Positions 36,358-46,835 of a DNA stretch of 64,000 bases are shown one piece after another. The notes under the pieces are model-generated. The model saw only the letters and a list, made by a program, of their open reading frames with translations, did not search any database and had not been told where the DNA came from. The translations under genes were made by a program, and so were the position numbers. Position 1 is the first letter of the stretch. Every line of letters begins with the position of its first letter. The DNA lies in assembly GCA_003660975.1 (NCBI GenBank), contig QMVG01000005.1, forward strand, positions 1 through 64,000. Reading direction: 5' to 3'. The DNA comes from Candidatus Micrarchaeota archaeon (GTDB taxonomy: Archaea > B1Sed10-29 > B47-G15).

Positions 36358-39251
36358 TTTTGTATCTTTTCTATTTCAATGCTAATCTCTTCTCCTCCTA
36401 TCTGCCATTTTTTGCCTTTATTCTTTTCAAAGCGAATTTCTTTAGAGTTGCTAACTCTTTTAATTTGTTCAATATCTAATACCTTCTTGAAATCCTCACT
36501 ACAGTCAATAAATGTTATTATCTCATCTTTTTCAATCAAACCTGCCTCCTTCCGCAGCTGCTGTATTCTTCTGAGCAGCTCCCTGTTTATGCCCATCTTC
36601 CTTAATTCCTCATCTATCTCTACATTGAGGTACAGAGAAAAATCATTGCTTTCAACCCTGATATAATTGTCACCAAGAGGAGGGCTATCAACAAAAGACA
36701 AGGATAAGACATTAAGCTGTTTTGCTATCAAATCAGAAAAAACACTCGGCTCTTCTTTCATTACTACAATTGCCTCTCTGAGGGCCTGTCTTAGATTGAT
36801 GCCTGCCAAATTCCTGGCACTCAAACCAGCCTCTATTATATTCAAGGCCTTTTGCATTGACTCTTCAATTTCATTGTCTATCTTCTTTTCATCAGCTATT
36901 GGCCAATTTTCTAAATGGACGCTTTTCTTAGAACCATCAACATGCAAGTATATCTCTTCACTAACAAAAGGGCATATTGGAGCCATAAGTTTTGATATTT
37001 CAGACAGCACATAAAACAAAGTGTTGAACACTGCAGTATCATTATCCTTGTTCCTTATCCTGTCCCTTATGAATTTTATATAATTTCTTGACAAGTCGTT
37101 TACTATAAAATCTCTCAACAACCTGGCTGGCTCATTTACATCTAAATTCTCGTAAGCCTGGCTAATCTTTTTCTTCATGTTTTCTAATTTAGAGATTATC
37201 CACTTATCTTCTGAATAAAGCTTTCTGGCTTTTTCTCCAGTGTACCCATTCACCAAAGAGAATCTCATAGCATAGGAGTATGAATTCCACAAGGTGTTCA
37301 GCGCAGCCTTTGTTGTTTTTAGAGCCTCTGGGTCAAAGCGAGTGTCCTCCCATGGATTGGTAGACCAGAGCAAATACCATCTGAAGACATCGGCACCAAA
37401 TTGCTTTATTACATCCATTGGATGAATTACATTCCCTTTGCTCTTGCTCATTTTTTCTCCTTTTGGGTCAAGAATCAATCCATTTACCAACACGTTCAGA
37501 TAAGGCGTCCGTTCAAAAACAGTAACAGATTCCACCATTAATGTATAGAACCATCCTCTTGTCTGATCTACTGCTTCTGTAATAAAGTCAATGGGGAACC
37601 ACCTTTCAAACTCTTTGTTCTCAGGGTAGCCAAATGAAGCCCAGGTGGCAGCTCCCGAGTCAAACCAAACATCCGTTACGTCTTTTACCCTGTGCATTGT
37701 TTTTCCACATTTTGGGCATTTCATCGTTATCCTGTCAATATACGGCCTGTGAAGGTCCATTCCTTCCTCATAACCATCGGCTTTTTCTTTAAGTTCTTCT
37801 ATGGAACTTATAACCTCAAAGTGACCACATTCGCACTCCCATATAGGTAAAGGAATCCCCCAGTATTTTTGGTGGGATATGCACCAATCTCTTGCATTTT
37901 CCAGCCACTCTTTAAACCTCTTATGTCCAGCCCAGTCAGGCACCCACCTGACTTTTTCGTTTTCTTTTAACATTTTTTCTTTTATTGGTGCTATCCTTAT
38001 GAACCACTGCGGACTTGCCCTAAATATAAGCTTGCTCTTACATCGCCAGCAGTGGGGGTACCTATGAACTACTTTTTCCGTATGGATTAAAGAGCCTTCC
38101 TTTTTTAAGTCCTCGATTATTATCTCATTAGCGTCAAAGACATAAAGACCTTTGTATTTTCCTGCTTCCTCTGTAAAAATTCCCTCTTCATCAACAGGGC
38201 AGAGAATCTCCAGACCGTACTTCAAACCTGTTTCATAGTCTTCAGGCCCATGCCCGGGAGCAGTGTGCACTAAGCCAGTGCCCTCCTCTGTAGTTATATA
38301 ATCATCCAACACTATTGGATAGAGTTTTCCTTTGTGGTACGGGCATGACTTCTCCATTATATGAATATATTTCATTCCTTCCATTTCCTTTCCAGACAGG
38401 ACCTTAGTTACCAGATAATCATCAATATGGAATTTTGCCATAAGCTTGTCTACGAGAGGCTCTGCTATTATCCATGTTTCTTCTTTTCCTTGCCATTTCA
38501 GTTCAACCCATGAGTAATTGAACTTTGGATGAACAGTTATCGCCACATTCCCGGGCAAGGTCCAGGGGGTTGTGGTCCACACAAGGAAGAAAGTGTTTTC
38601 TTCATCTGCTTTTTTGAATTTCAAATAAATGCTCGTGTCTTCGACTTCTCTGTATTCTTGACTAGCCTCATGGGCGCTTAAACTCGTCCCACACTTTGGA
38701 CACCAAGGCACACTCTTTTTGCCTTTGTAAATCATATTCTTTTCCTTGGCGTGCTTAAAAAACAGCCATGACGATGAGATATATTCATTTTTGTAGGTCA
38801 GGTATGGATTGTCAAGGCTCCACGTAGCCATGCTCCCAAAAGCTTCATAAAAGCTTTTCCAATCTTCAAAAGATGAGAGAGCATGTTCCCTACAGGCTTT
38901 GTTGAATTTGTCTATGCCATATCTCTCGATATCTTCGTTGCTTTTCAAACCTAATTTTTGCTGTACAATGACTTCAACAGGGAGGCCATGCGTGTCAAAA
39001 CCTGGCTGGGCCCAAACATCAAATCCATTCATTTGCTTATATTTAAGAAATACTTCCCTCAATGTCCTTGTCAGAGCATGACCTATGTGGGGAGGAGCGT
39101 TGGCATAAGGCGGACCGTCAAGATAGTAGAACTTTTGCTTGCCTCTGTTTTTTTGTTTTATCCTCTCTACTAGCTTTATCCCTTTCCAATATTCATTTAG
39201 CTCTTTCTCTAATTTCTCGTGGTCAAAACTCTTTGGCATCTCGATTTGCAT
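36351..39251 (-). CDS. ileS: isoleucyl-tRNA synthetase
   Basis: LDGPPYANAPPHIGH, WTTTPWTLP, GTGLVHTAPGHG, DQTRGWF, KMSKS. Confidence 0.97.
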   Translation of the reverse strand: MQIEMPKSFDHEKLEKELNEYWKGIKLVERIKQKNRGKQKFYYLDGPPYANAPPHIGHALTRTLREVFLKYKQMNGFDVWAQPGFDTHGLPVEVIVQQKLGLKSNEDIERYGIDKFNKACREHALSSFEDWKSFYEAFGSMATWSLDNPYLTYKNEYISSSWLFFKHAKEKNMIYKGKKSVPWCPKCGTSLSAHEASQEYREVEDTSIYLKFKKADEENTFFLVWTTTPWTLPGNVAITVHPKFNYSWVELKWQGKEETWIIAEPLVDKLMAKFHIDDYLVTKVLSGKEMEGMKYIHIMEKSCPYHKGKLYPIVLDDYITTEEGTGLVHTAPGHGPEDYETGLKYGLEILCPVDEEGIFTEEAGKYKGLYVFDANEIIIEDLKKEGSLIHTEKVVHRYPHCWRCKSKLIFRASPQWFIRIAPIKEKMLKENEKVRWVPDWAGHKRFKEWLENARDWCISHQKYWGIPLPIWECECGHFEVISSIEELKEKADGYEEGMDLHRPYIDRITMKCPKCGKTMHRVKDVTDVWFDSGAATWASFGYPENKEFERWFPIDFITEAVDQTRGWFYTLMVESVTVFERTPYLNVLVNGLILDPKGEKMSKSKGNVIHPMDVIKQFGADVFRWYLLWSTNPWEDTRFDPEALKTTKAALNTLWNSYSYAMRFSLVNGYTGEKARKLYSEDKWIISKLENMKKKISQAYENLDVNEPARLLRDFIVNDLSRNYIKFIRDRIRNKDNDTAVFNTLFYVLSEISKLMAPICPFVSEEIYLHVDGSKKSVHLENWPIADEKKIDNEIEESMQKALNIIEAGLSARNLAGINLRQALREAIVVMKEEPSVFSDLIAKQLNVLSLSFVDSPPLGDNYIRVESNDFSLYLNVEIDEELRKMGINRELLRRIQQLRKEAGLIEKDEIITFIDCSEDFKKVLDIEQIKRVSNSKEIRFEKNKGKKWQIGGEEISIEIEKIQNQ

Positions 39252-39255
39252 AGCA

Positions 39256-41550
39256 TCACTTTAAGTTATGCATGAGTATTAAATCTTCCTTAAAAGGCAA
39301 TAGCTCATTTGGTATTTCAATACCTCTTATTTCGGACTTCAGAGATATGTTCATTTCCTTTTTCTTTTTCCAAACCATGGAATTAAAGTTGCAGAGTGCT
39401 TCTGTTAGCTCCGAGTACCCTTTTTCTCCAAACTTTTCAGGGAAAGCTCCCTTGTGAATGTTTCCGCCGTATATCTTTTTGTAAGCTTCATACGTAATAA
39501 AAGGTATTATGGGGGCCAAAAGCTTAAGAATCTTTTTGAAGCTTTCATGAATTGTATAAAGAGCAGAATCATCGCCTTCATATGCTCTTGACTTTACCAT
39601 CTCCAGATAATGGGGAGCATATATATTCCAGATAAATGTCCTTACCTGATTAGCAGGGATGTAAAAATTGTAATCGTCATAACCCTCCATACATTTTTCA
39701 ATTAAAACATCTACTTCTCCCATAATCCACCTGTCTGTGGCCTTGATCTCAGGCATTTCTTTTTTGATAGGCAATTTAGACACAAACCTAGCAACATTCC
39801 ACAGCTTAGTCAGAAATTTGCCTGCTCCAGCAATTCTCTCCGCACTTATCCTAAAGTCACCACCTATGCTGGTTTCAGATGCAGCCCAAAACCTAAAAGC
39901 ATCAGCACCGTACTTTTCAATTACCGGCTTTGGCTCTATGATATTTCCCTTACTCTTTGACATTTTCTTTCCGTGTTCATCAAGCCCCATGCCAGTTATC
40001 CAAACGTGCTTAAAAGCAGGTTTCCTGGTAAGCTGGAAATTCCTAAGCAATGTGTAATATAACCAGGTCCTGACAATGTCTCTTCCTTGAGGTCTCATAT
40101 GTGTAGGGTATGCCTTTTTGAATAGTGCATCATCCCTTAGATAACCAGAAACATAGAGGTTGCTTATACTTGAGTCCATCCATGTGTCAAAAACCTTTTT
40201 CTCCCCTGTGAAATCTTTATCATTACCACAGTGCGGGCAAGTTCCTGGGAAGTCTTCTTTCCACGGCTGATAGTACTTTCCAGGTTCTGGCACAAGCCAC
40301 GCTCCGCATTTATTGCATTTCCACAAGGGAATCTCAGTAGCAAAATACCTTGCTCGGCTTATAGGCCAATCCATCGTTATTGAATCAATCCAATCCAACA
40401 GTATTCTCTTATGCTCCTTCGGGTGGAATTCAATGTTATCTGCTATTTTTCTTATATCGTCCAGGAAATCCAGTTGCTTTACATACCATTCTTTCATTGG
40501 AAGAAATTCTATCCTTGACCCACACCTGCTACATCGCGGCACCCTTTGCTGGACCCTCTCTTCTTTTACTTTGTAAGGCTCAAGGTCTTTCAGTATTGCT
40601 TGCCGTGCTTCCTCAACAGTCATACCTTTGTATTTTCCAACAGCTGCAGTCATCCTACCAAATTCGTCAATGCACTGCAATGGCTCTAGCTTTAATCCCT
40701 TGAATAGTTCTATATCACCGAAGTCTCCATAGGAACATATCATGACCAGGCCAGAACCATATTCTATTTTTGCGTATTTGTGTGGAATAATAGGAATTTT
40801 ATTGTTATACAAAGGCACTATGGCTTTCTTTCCTTTAAGGTGCTTGTACCTTTCGTCTTTTGGGTTATAGATAACAGCTTTACACGCTGCTAAAAGCTCG
40901 GGTCTTGTGGTTGCAACTATCAACTCTTCTTCTGAGTCCTCTACCTTAAAGATTAAGTAATGCAGTGTTGTACTCCCTTCCACGTATTCTAGTTCAGCAT
41001 CTGCCAATGTCGTTCTGCAGCCAGTGCACCAGTTTATAGGTCTTGTATCCTCATAAACCAAACCCTTCTTCCACAATTCAATGAACGTGGCCTGTGTTAT
41101 CTTTCTGTATTCAGGTGAATCAGTCATGTACGTATTCTCATAATCTGCACTCATGCCTGTCCTATAGTAAAGTTCCAATATCTCCTTGGAGTATTTATCT
41201 ATTTCCTCTTTACACAGTTTTATGAACTCCTCCCTCTGGTACTCATGAAGTTTTTTGCCATACTTTTTCTCAACAACTCTCTCAACAGGTAGGCCGTTCC
41301 TGTCCAAGCAAAATGGAAAGATTACCTCCTTACCTTTCATTCTCTCGCTTCTTGCTATAGCGTCAATCAAAGTATAATGAGCAACGGCTCCTATATGCCA
41401 CGAGCCAGAAGGATAAACAGGGGGATTGTCAATTACAAAAAATTCTTTGTCTGAGTCGAAATTAGCTTTAAAATCATTGTTCTTCAACCACTCTCTAAAG
41501 ATTTCTTTCTCTTTTTTTACATCCCATCTCTTCTCTTCTATTTCAGCCAT
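39256..41550 (-). CDS. valS: valyl-tRNA synthetase
   Basis: HIGA, DRNGLP, ATTRPELL, DTWMDSS, PQGRDIVRTW, KMSKS. Start placed at ATG 41550 (SD GAGGT). Confidence 0.95.
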   Translation of the reverse strand: MAEIEEKRWDVKKEKEIFREWLKNNDFKANFDSDKEFFVIDNPPVYPSGSWHIGAVAHYTLIDAIARSERMKGKEVIFPFCLDRNGLPVERVVEKKYGKKLHEYQREEFIKLCKEEIDKYSKEILELYYRTGMSADYENTYMTDSPEYRKITQATFIELWKKGLVYEDTRPINWCTGCRTTLADAELEYVEGSTTLHYLIFKVEDSEEELIVATTRPELLAACKAVIYNPKDERYKHLKGKKAIVPLYNNKIPIIPHKYAKIEYGSGLVMICSYGDFGDIELFKGLKLEPLQCIDEFGRMTAAVGKYKGMTVEEARQAILKDLEPYKVKEERVQQRVPRCSRCGSRIEFLPMKEWYVKQLDFLDDIRKIADNIEFHPKEHKRILLDWIDSITMDWPISRARYFATEIPLWKCNKCGAWLVPEPGKYYQPWKEDFPGTCPHCGNDKDFTGEKKVFDTWMDSSISNLYVSGYLRDDALFKKAYPTHMRPQGRDIVRTWLYYTLLRNFQLTRKPAFKHVWITGMGLDEHGKKMSKSKGNIIEPKPVIEKYGADAFRFWAASETSIGGDFRISAERIAGAGKFLTKLWNVARFVSKLPIKKEMPEIKATDRWIMGEVDVLIEKCMEGYDDYNFYIPANQVRTFIWNIYAPHYLEMVKSRAYEGDDSALYTIHESFKKILKLLAPIIPFITYEAYKKIYGGNIHKGAFPEKFGEKGYSELTEALCNFNSMVWKKKKEMNISLKSEIRGIEIPNELLPFKEDLILMHNLK

Positions 41551-41689
41551 TAAACAACCTCTGTTTCCTTTAGCCGCTTGACAAAGAGCCAAACGGCTAA
41601 GAAATCGTTACTATAACAGTAATTTGTTTTATAGAGATAAAGGCCATAACTCTCCCGCATTAGTAATTTCTCATAGATATTATATAAAT

Positions 41690-42637
41690 TTACTGTTCTT
41701 TTGTCTCATCATCAGGACCTATCAGTACTGTGCCTCCAATCTCTTTTCTACCTGTAAATGTTTTCTCTTCAACCTCTTCCTCTATCTCTTTTTCAGCTCT
41801 TTTTATTCTCATTATAGCAATGAAACCAAAAAATATGATAAACACCACAGTAACAGCAAAACCTACAAGCCTTCCAGTCGCTGACATAAGAAAGTCTATG
41901 AAATCATCAAGCGGCGTTCTTTTGTTTTCTATAATAACCTGTTTTGCTGGCAGAATCGGAGCAATGCTTTGGTTTTCTTTCTTTCTTGGTTCTATCCTCT
42001 CTTCTCCAACAACTATATTTGAAATTTCCCAGTACACATCCTTTTTTGCAGGGGCCAGAAGCTTGGAATGAAAGAGAATCGTTAGATTCTTACTATCCCC
42101 ACAATCAACAGTGAAACTCTTTACATAAGTTTGGTTTAAGGCAATAGGTGGGTTTTCTGATGAATAATCGCCACTAAAATGCTCACAGCTACCATTGTAT
42201 TCTCCTTTTGAGCTATCGTATGAATAGCAATTCGCCTTGCCCCAAAGCTCAAAAAAACCTCTTATTTCGTTTAAGCTATTGCCATTCCTCACTGAATAAA
42301 CATAGCACGCTTCGTCTGCAAAGCCGTGTTTCACAAAGTCTGGATTTGAAAGATTGACATCTCTGTCGTAGAAATACACGTCAAGCCGAGGTATAAATGA
42401 AGTTCCAACATCTATCCTAAAACTAAAGGAGAAGTCAAATCTATCTCCTCTCTTTCCCGTATTAATTTTCAAAAACCACTCTCCAAACGTTTTTTTCGGA
42501 GCACTTACCATAAAAGAGCTTTCAGTTTCATTTAGAGTGAAACCAGAAGCATTTAGGCCCGATGTTGTCAATTCTACATCTATTGCTATTGAAGGTATCA
42601 GAAATGCCAAAACAAAAAATATCACTTTTGCCCTCAT
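41690..42637 (-). CDS. secreted protein with C-terminal TM anchor, hypothetical
   Basis: Signal peptide MRAKVIFFVLAFLIPSIA, beta-rich domain with sequons, TM segment and acidic tail. Confidence 0.72.
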   Translation of the reverse strand: MRAKVIFFVLAFLIPSIAIDVELTTSGLNASGFTLNETESSFMVSAPKKTFGEWFLKINTGKRGDRFDFSFSFRIDVGTSFIPRLDVYFYDRDVNLSNPDFVKHGFADEACYVYSVRNGNSLNEIRGFFELWGKANCYSYDSSKGEYNGSCEHFSGDYSSENPPIALNQTYVKSFTVDCGDSKNLTILFHSKLLAPAKKDVYWEISNIVVGEERIEPRKKENQSIAPILPAKQVIIENKRTPLDDFIDFLMSATGRLVGFAVTVVFIIFFGFIAIMRIKRAEKEIEEEVEEKTFTGRKEIGGTVLIGPDDETKEQ

Positions 42638-42660
42638 CAAAAATGAGAACACATTTGCAT

Positions 42661-44127
42661 TTAATAAGATTTTGCTAAGTAAACCATCAATTTGGCTTCT
42701 CTTCCACAGATAATACATTTACCTTTTGCTGCTTCCTCTCTACCATGTAGGACGCCTCTAACCTCCAAGCCAGTTTCTTCTTTTATCACGTCAGCGCAAG
42801 GCTTGCCATCACTATCAATTGAGCAGAAGGGCACTTTGATAAAGCCCCCTTTATCAGCTAACTTTTTCAATTCTTCTTTCGTTTTTGCCTCAAAGAGTCG
42901 TGAATTGAAGTCTTTATCTGCCTTTTCTTTCAGATTTTTGAGAATTTCTTTTCCTACATTCTTTAGATACTTGTCAAGCTCTTTTTCATCTATCATCTCT
43001 CTTTTTCCTGTATCCCTCCTTACGATAGTAAGTTTGGCTTCATGTAACTCTTTCTCTCCTACCTCGATTCTGATTGGAACGCCTCTAAGCTCCCAATAAT
43101 AAAATTTAGCTCCAGGTTGCTTATCACTCTCATCAAATTCAACCCTGTATTCTTTTTTTAGTTTCTCGTGTAGCATCAAGCACTTGGTGTTTATTGCATC
43201 AATATCTACTCCTGTCTTGAATATTGGCACAATAACAATCTGAATAGGAGCTATTTCAAATGGAAAGACGCAGCCTTTATTGTCACCGTGAACTGCAATC
43301 ACAGCTGCCAGGATTCTACCTACAGCAGGCCCATAGCATGTCTGCCACGGGTGCCTTTCATTTCCGTCTTTATCAATAAAGCTTATGCCAAATGTCTTTG
43401 AAAAGTTCTGGCCTAAAAAGTGAGTGGAAGGCAGCTGTAAAACCCTCCCACTTGCAATCAAAGCATCAGCCCCAAAAGTATATTCAGCACCTGCAAACTT
43501 GTCCCATGAGGGTCTTCTAAAATATAAAAAAGGAATGCCCAATTTATTGTGGATTATCTCCTCTGTGATTTCCATATCTTCAATAACCTGTCTCTCAGCC
43601 TCTCTTTTGCTCTCAAAAACATCATGCGCCTCTATCCAGTAAAACTCTCTGTCCCTCAATAGAGGTCTAGTATGCTTGGTCTCATAGCGCCAAACTTGGC
43701 AGCGCTGGTAAGCTTTAAATGGAAGGTCTCTATATGAGCGAATCCATTGGGCATACATTATATACATTGCTGTTTCGCTTGTTGGTCTCAATGCTAGCTT
43801 TTTTTCCAACTTAGTACTACCACCATGAGTTATCCAAAACACATTTGGTGAGAAGCCCTCAACATGTTCTGCCTCTTTCTCAAAGTTCTCCTCTGGAATC
43901 ACAGCTGGAAAGCGCATTGGTTTATGCCCTCTCCTTTGCAATTCCTTTTCAAACATCTCTTCAATCAGGTTTTCAGCAATTGTGGCATTCGGTCTGTGAA
44001 CTAGAAAACCCTTTACATTATACCTTTGATCTATTAGCTCTGCCCTCCACAGTAGTTCATTATACCACTCGCTGAAATGCTTTTCTTTGTCTATATTGAA
44101 CTCTTTGTCAGCAACCTCTTCAGGCAT
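42661..44127 (-). CDS. proS: prolyl-tRNA synthetase, archaeal/eukaryotic type
   Basis: FSEWY, RPTSET, WRYETK, REFYWIEAH, C-terminal AKSY. Confidence 0.97.
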   Translation of the reverse strand: MPEEVADKEFNIDKEKHFSEWYNELLWRAELIDQRYNVKGFLVHRPNATIAENLIEEMFEKELQRRGHKPMRFPAVIPEENFEKEAEHVEGFSPNVFWITHGGSTKLEKKLALRPTSETAMYIMYAQWIRSYRDLPFKAYQRCQVWRYETKHTRPLLRDREFYWIEAHDVFESKREAERQVIEDMEITEEIIHNKLGIPFLYFRRPSWDKFAGAEYTFGADALIASGRVLQLPSTHFLGQNFSKTFGISFIDKDGNERHPWQTCYGPAVGRILAAVIAVHGDNKGCVFPFEIAPIQIVIVPIFKTGVDIDAINTKCLMLHEKLKKEYRVEFDESDKQPGAKFYYWELRGVPIRIEVGEKELHEAKLTIVRRDTGKREMIDEKELDKYLKNVGKEILKNLKEKADKDFNSRLFEAKTKEELKKLADKGGFIKVPFCSIDSDGKPCADVIKEETGLEVRGVLHGREEAAKGKCIICGREAKLMVYLAKSY

Positions 44128-44134
44128 TATACTA

Positions 44135-44524
44135 TCACCTTACCCTGCTTATTAGCCTCCTGCCAAGAATTTCCCAGACTTCTACCTCCTGCCCTGCTTC
44201 TAGTTTTCCTTTCATGTCCTCTGGGATGTCCTCTTCATAGGTCTCATAGCTTTCCATGTCCATTAACTGCGCCCTATCGCCCATAAGGGCTATGACCTGG
44301 GCAGTTTTCCTAATTAATATAGGAACATCAACCCTCATATCACCAGGTCCCAAAATATTTTTCTTTTTTCCTGAAAATAGCGAAACAGCAGAAACCCTTG
44401 CTTTTGCTTCACCATGCTTTCCTGGTTTGCTTATACTTATGTCAACAACCCTGCACGGCTCACCATCAATAACAACTAGTTTTCCTGGTTTTAATTCCTT
44501 AAGCTCCTTTCTCTCAACTTCCAT
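44135..44524 (-). CDS. eif5a: translation factor aIF5A
   Basis: SKPGKHGEAKA hypusine loop, QLMDMESYET. Confidence 0.96.
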   Translation of the reverse strand: MEVERKELKELKPGKLVVIDGEPCRVVDISISKPGKHGEAKARVSAVSLFSGKKKNILGPGDMRVDVPILIRKTAQVIALMGDRAQLMDMESYETYEEDIPEDMKGKLEAGQEVEVWEILGRRLISRVR

Positions 44525-44534
44525 TCCGCACACC

Positions 44535-45557
44535 TCATTTGATATCTATGTCAAATTTTTTCTTGCGCTTCAGGCCCAAACGATAAGCGCAGAAAAGACC
44601 TGTGAAAGTGACAAGCCAGTATGATATAAACCTGTCCAATATAGTCTGCGCTCCGGCCAAAGCAGTGTTCATGCCTGATAGCACATAAATAATTATCATA
44701 GAACTCTCTATTAAAGCTAACCCTCCAGGTATTAATGGAAGAAAACCTACAAGAGCAGTTATCACCAAGACAGTAAATATGACATAAAGAGAAACATTGG
44801 CTCCCAAAGCTCTGAAAACAAAGAACATCCTGAAAGAATCTGCGAGCCACACCATAAATGAAAGCACAAGAGCGTACAGCCATAGTCTTTTCTCCCTAAG
44901 CAGGTATCTAGCATTGTATATATAGTCTTCAACGCCTGATAATATCTGCTTCTGAACTGATTTTTTTCTAAGCCTTCTCGAAAAACGAGAAAAGAAGCTT
45001 ATAAGCTTGTTCACAAGACCCATTCCTGCCTTCTTTTCTAGAGAGAGATAGAGCATCACAAACAAAAAAAAGGCATTAAAGGCAAAAGCAATGAAAAGCA
45101 ATGAAGATATCCATAACGGCAATACAACCATAGCACTGCCAAGAACCACGAGAGAAATCATTGCAAATGTTGCTGCATCAAATATCCTTTCAATTACAAC
45201 AGTTGACAAGCTCTTTCCAGTTCTGCAATTTCCGTGTTTGTTTAACAGATAGGCCCTAAGTGGCTCTCCTCCTACACGAGCTGAAGGTGTTATGTTGCTT
45301 ATTGAAATACCAGCAAGCATGATTTGATATATTTTAAAAAAAGAAATCTTAACACCAGCCTTGTCTGTAAATATCTTCCACCTCTCTGTTAGAAAGGCAA
45401 TACCTAGAAACTGGAGCAGGACAGCCAAAGCAAGATATAGCAAATTCGCTTTATTGAGCAGGGCAATTATCTCATCCACCCCTAAGATAAAGCTTATTGT
45501 TACAGCTACAAGAACACCTGTCAGCACCAAAACAAATAAGAGCCTCTTAATTTCCAT
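44535..45557 (-). CDS. UPF0104 / LPG-synthase TM-domain flippase-like protein
   Basis: NITPSARVGGEP, IERIFD, PGGLALIE, DRFISY; multi-TM. Confidence 0.88.
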   Translation of the reverse strand: MEIKRLLFVLVLTGVLVAVTISFILGVDEIIALLNKANLLYLALAVLLQFLGIAFLTERWKIFTDKAGVKISFFKIYQIMLAGISISNITPSARVGGEPLRAYLLNKHGNCRTGKSLSTVVIERIFDAATFAMISLVVLGSAMVVLPLWISSLLFIAFAFNAFFLFVMLYLSLEKKAGMGLVNKLISFFSRFSRRLRKKSVQKQILSGVEDYIYNARYLLREKRLWLYALVLSFMVWLADSFRMFFVFRALGANVSLYVIFTVLVITALVGFLPLIPGGLALIESSMIIIYVLSGMNTALAGAQTILDRFISYWLVTFTGLFCAYRLGLKRKKKFDIDIK

Positions 45558-45619
45558 AACTAACATTACTCTATACTTTTATAAATAATATTGCTGTGAC
45601 TGATGCATTAGGTGGTGTT

Positions 45620-46366
45620 GTGATAGACAACCATGCGCACTTAGATGATAAGCGATTCAAGAAGGATATTGACGAAGTGGTCAAAAGGGCCAAAGAAAAG
45701 CTTGATGCAGTTTTTCTGCCTGCCTCAAGCTTTAGAAGCAACAGGCGAGTATTACAACTCCACAGGGCCTATCCTGAATTCCTGTATCCCATGGCAGGGA
45801 TGGACCCAATGGCCTGCCTAAAAAAGCCAGAAAAGATAGATGATGTTGAAATATGGGCAAAAGAGGAAAAAGATATAATTGCAATAGGAGAGGTTGGTTT
45901 AGAGTATTACCATGCAGCAGAGGAAAAGGAGCGTCAGAAAATAAATCTTGGGAGGTTTATAGCACTGGCAAATGAGATTCACAAGCCATTAGTAATTCAT
46001 TGCAGAGAAGCGTGGTCAGATATATTCAAAGAGCTTGAAAGGGCAGAAGTTAACGTAATACTCCATGCTTTCTCAGGAGGGCTGGAAGAAATCAAGAGAG
46101 CGATTGACAGCTCTTTTTATATCTCTCTCGCTACCAATATTTGTTATCCAGAAAACATAAGGTTAATTAAACACATTCCCTTAGATATTATGTTGCTTGA
46201 GACAGATTCACCGTATTTACACCCTTACAGACAGGGAAGAAATGAACCTGCAAATGTCTGGGAAAGCGCACGAAAGATATCTGAGATAAAAGGCATAGAA
46301 TTAAAGGAATTAAACAATATAATTAATAAAAACACATGGAAAGCCTTTAAGGTAAGAGGTGCTTAG
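45620..46366 (+). CDS. tatD: TatD family nuclease
   Basis: IDNHAH, IGEVGL, VIHCRE, LHAF, LETDSPY, RNEP. Confidence 0.92.
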   Translation: MIDNHAHLDDKRFKKDIDEVVKRAKEKLDAVFLPASSFRSNRRVLQLHRAYPEFLYPMAGMDPMACLKKPEKIDDVEIWAKEEKDIIAIGEVGLEYYHAAEEKERQKINLGRFIALANEIHKPLVIHCREAWSDIFKELERAEVNVILHAFSGGLEEIKRAIDSSFYISLATNICYPENIRLIKHIPLDIMLLETDSPYLHPYRQGRNEPANVWESARKISEIKGIELKELNNIINKNTWKAFKVRGA

Positions 46367-46834
46367 ATGCCGAGAATACTGGAAGAAGTTAAAACAAAAT
46401 TTGGTATGGGAAAGAAAAAGAAAGCAATAGCTTTCTTTGTTGATGGTCCGAATATGCTTAGAAAAGAATTTGATTTTGACTTGAACAAAGTCAAACAGCA
46501 ACTGGAGAAATTTGGAAGTATAAAGATTGGCAAGGTTTTCTTAAACCAATATGCTCCTGAAAAACTGATAGAAGCAATAGTGAATCAAGGTTTTGAAGTT
46601 GTTATAGTCACAAGCGATGATATTGATGCTCCAATGGCAGCAGAAGCCATGGAGGCAATTTTCAATGGTCACATAGATGTAATTGCTGTAATGACAAGAG
46701 ATGGAGATTTCCAATCCATTTTATTGAAAGCTAAAAAATACGGAAAAGACACTATTGTTATAGGAAGCGAGCCACTTTCGGCCTCATTAAGAAACACGGC
46801 AGATTATGTTATTAAAATCAATGAGAGGCGCTGA
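46367..46834 (+). CDS. NYN (PIN-like) domain protein, TIGR00288-type
   Basis: FVDGPNMLRKEF, DDID, TRDGDF, LRNTADY. Confidence 0.88.
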   Translation: MPRILEEVKTKFGMGKKKKAIAFFVDGPNMLRKEFDFDLNKVKQQLEKFGSIKIGKVFLNQYAPEKLIEAIVNQGFEVVIVTSDDIDAPMAAEAMEAIFNGHIDVIAVMTRDGDFQSILLKAKKYGKDTIVIGSEPLSASLRNTADYVIKINERR

Positions 46835-46835
46835 T

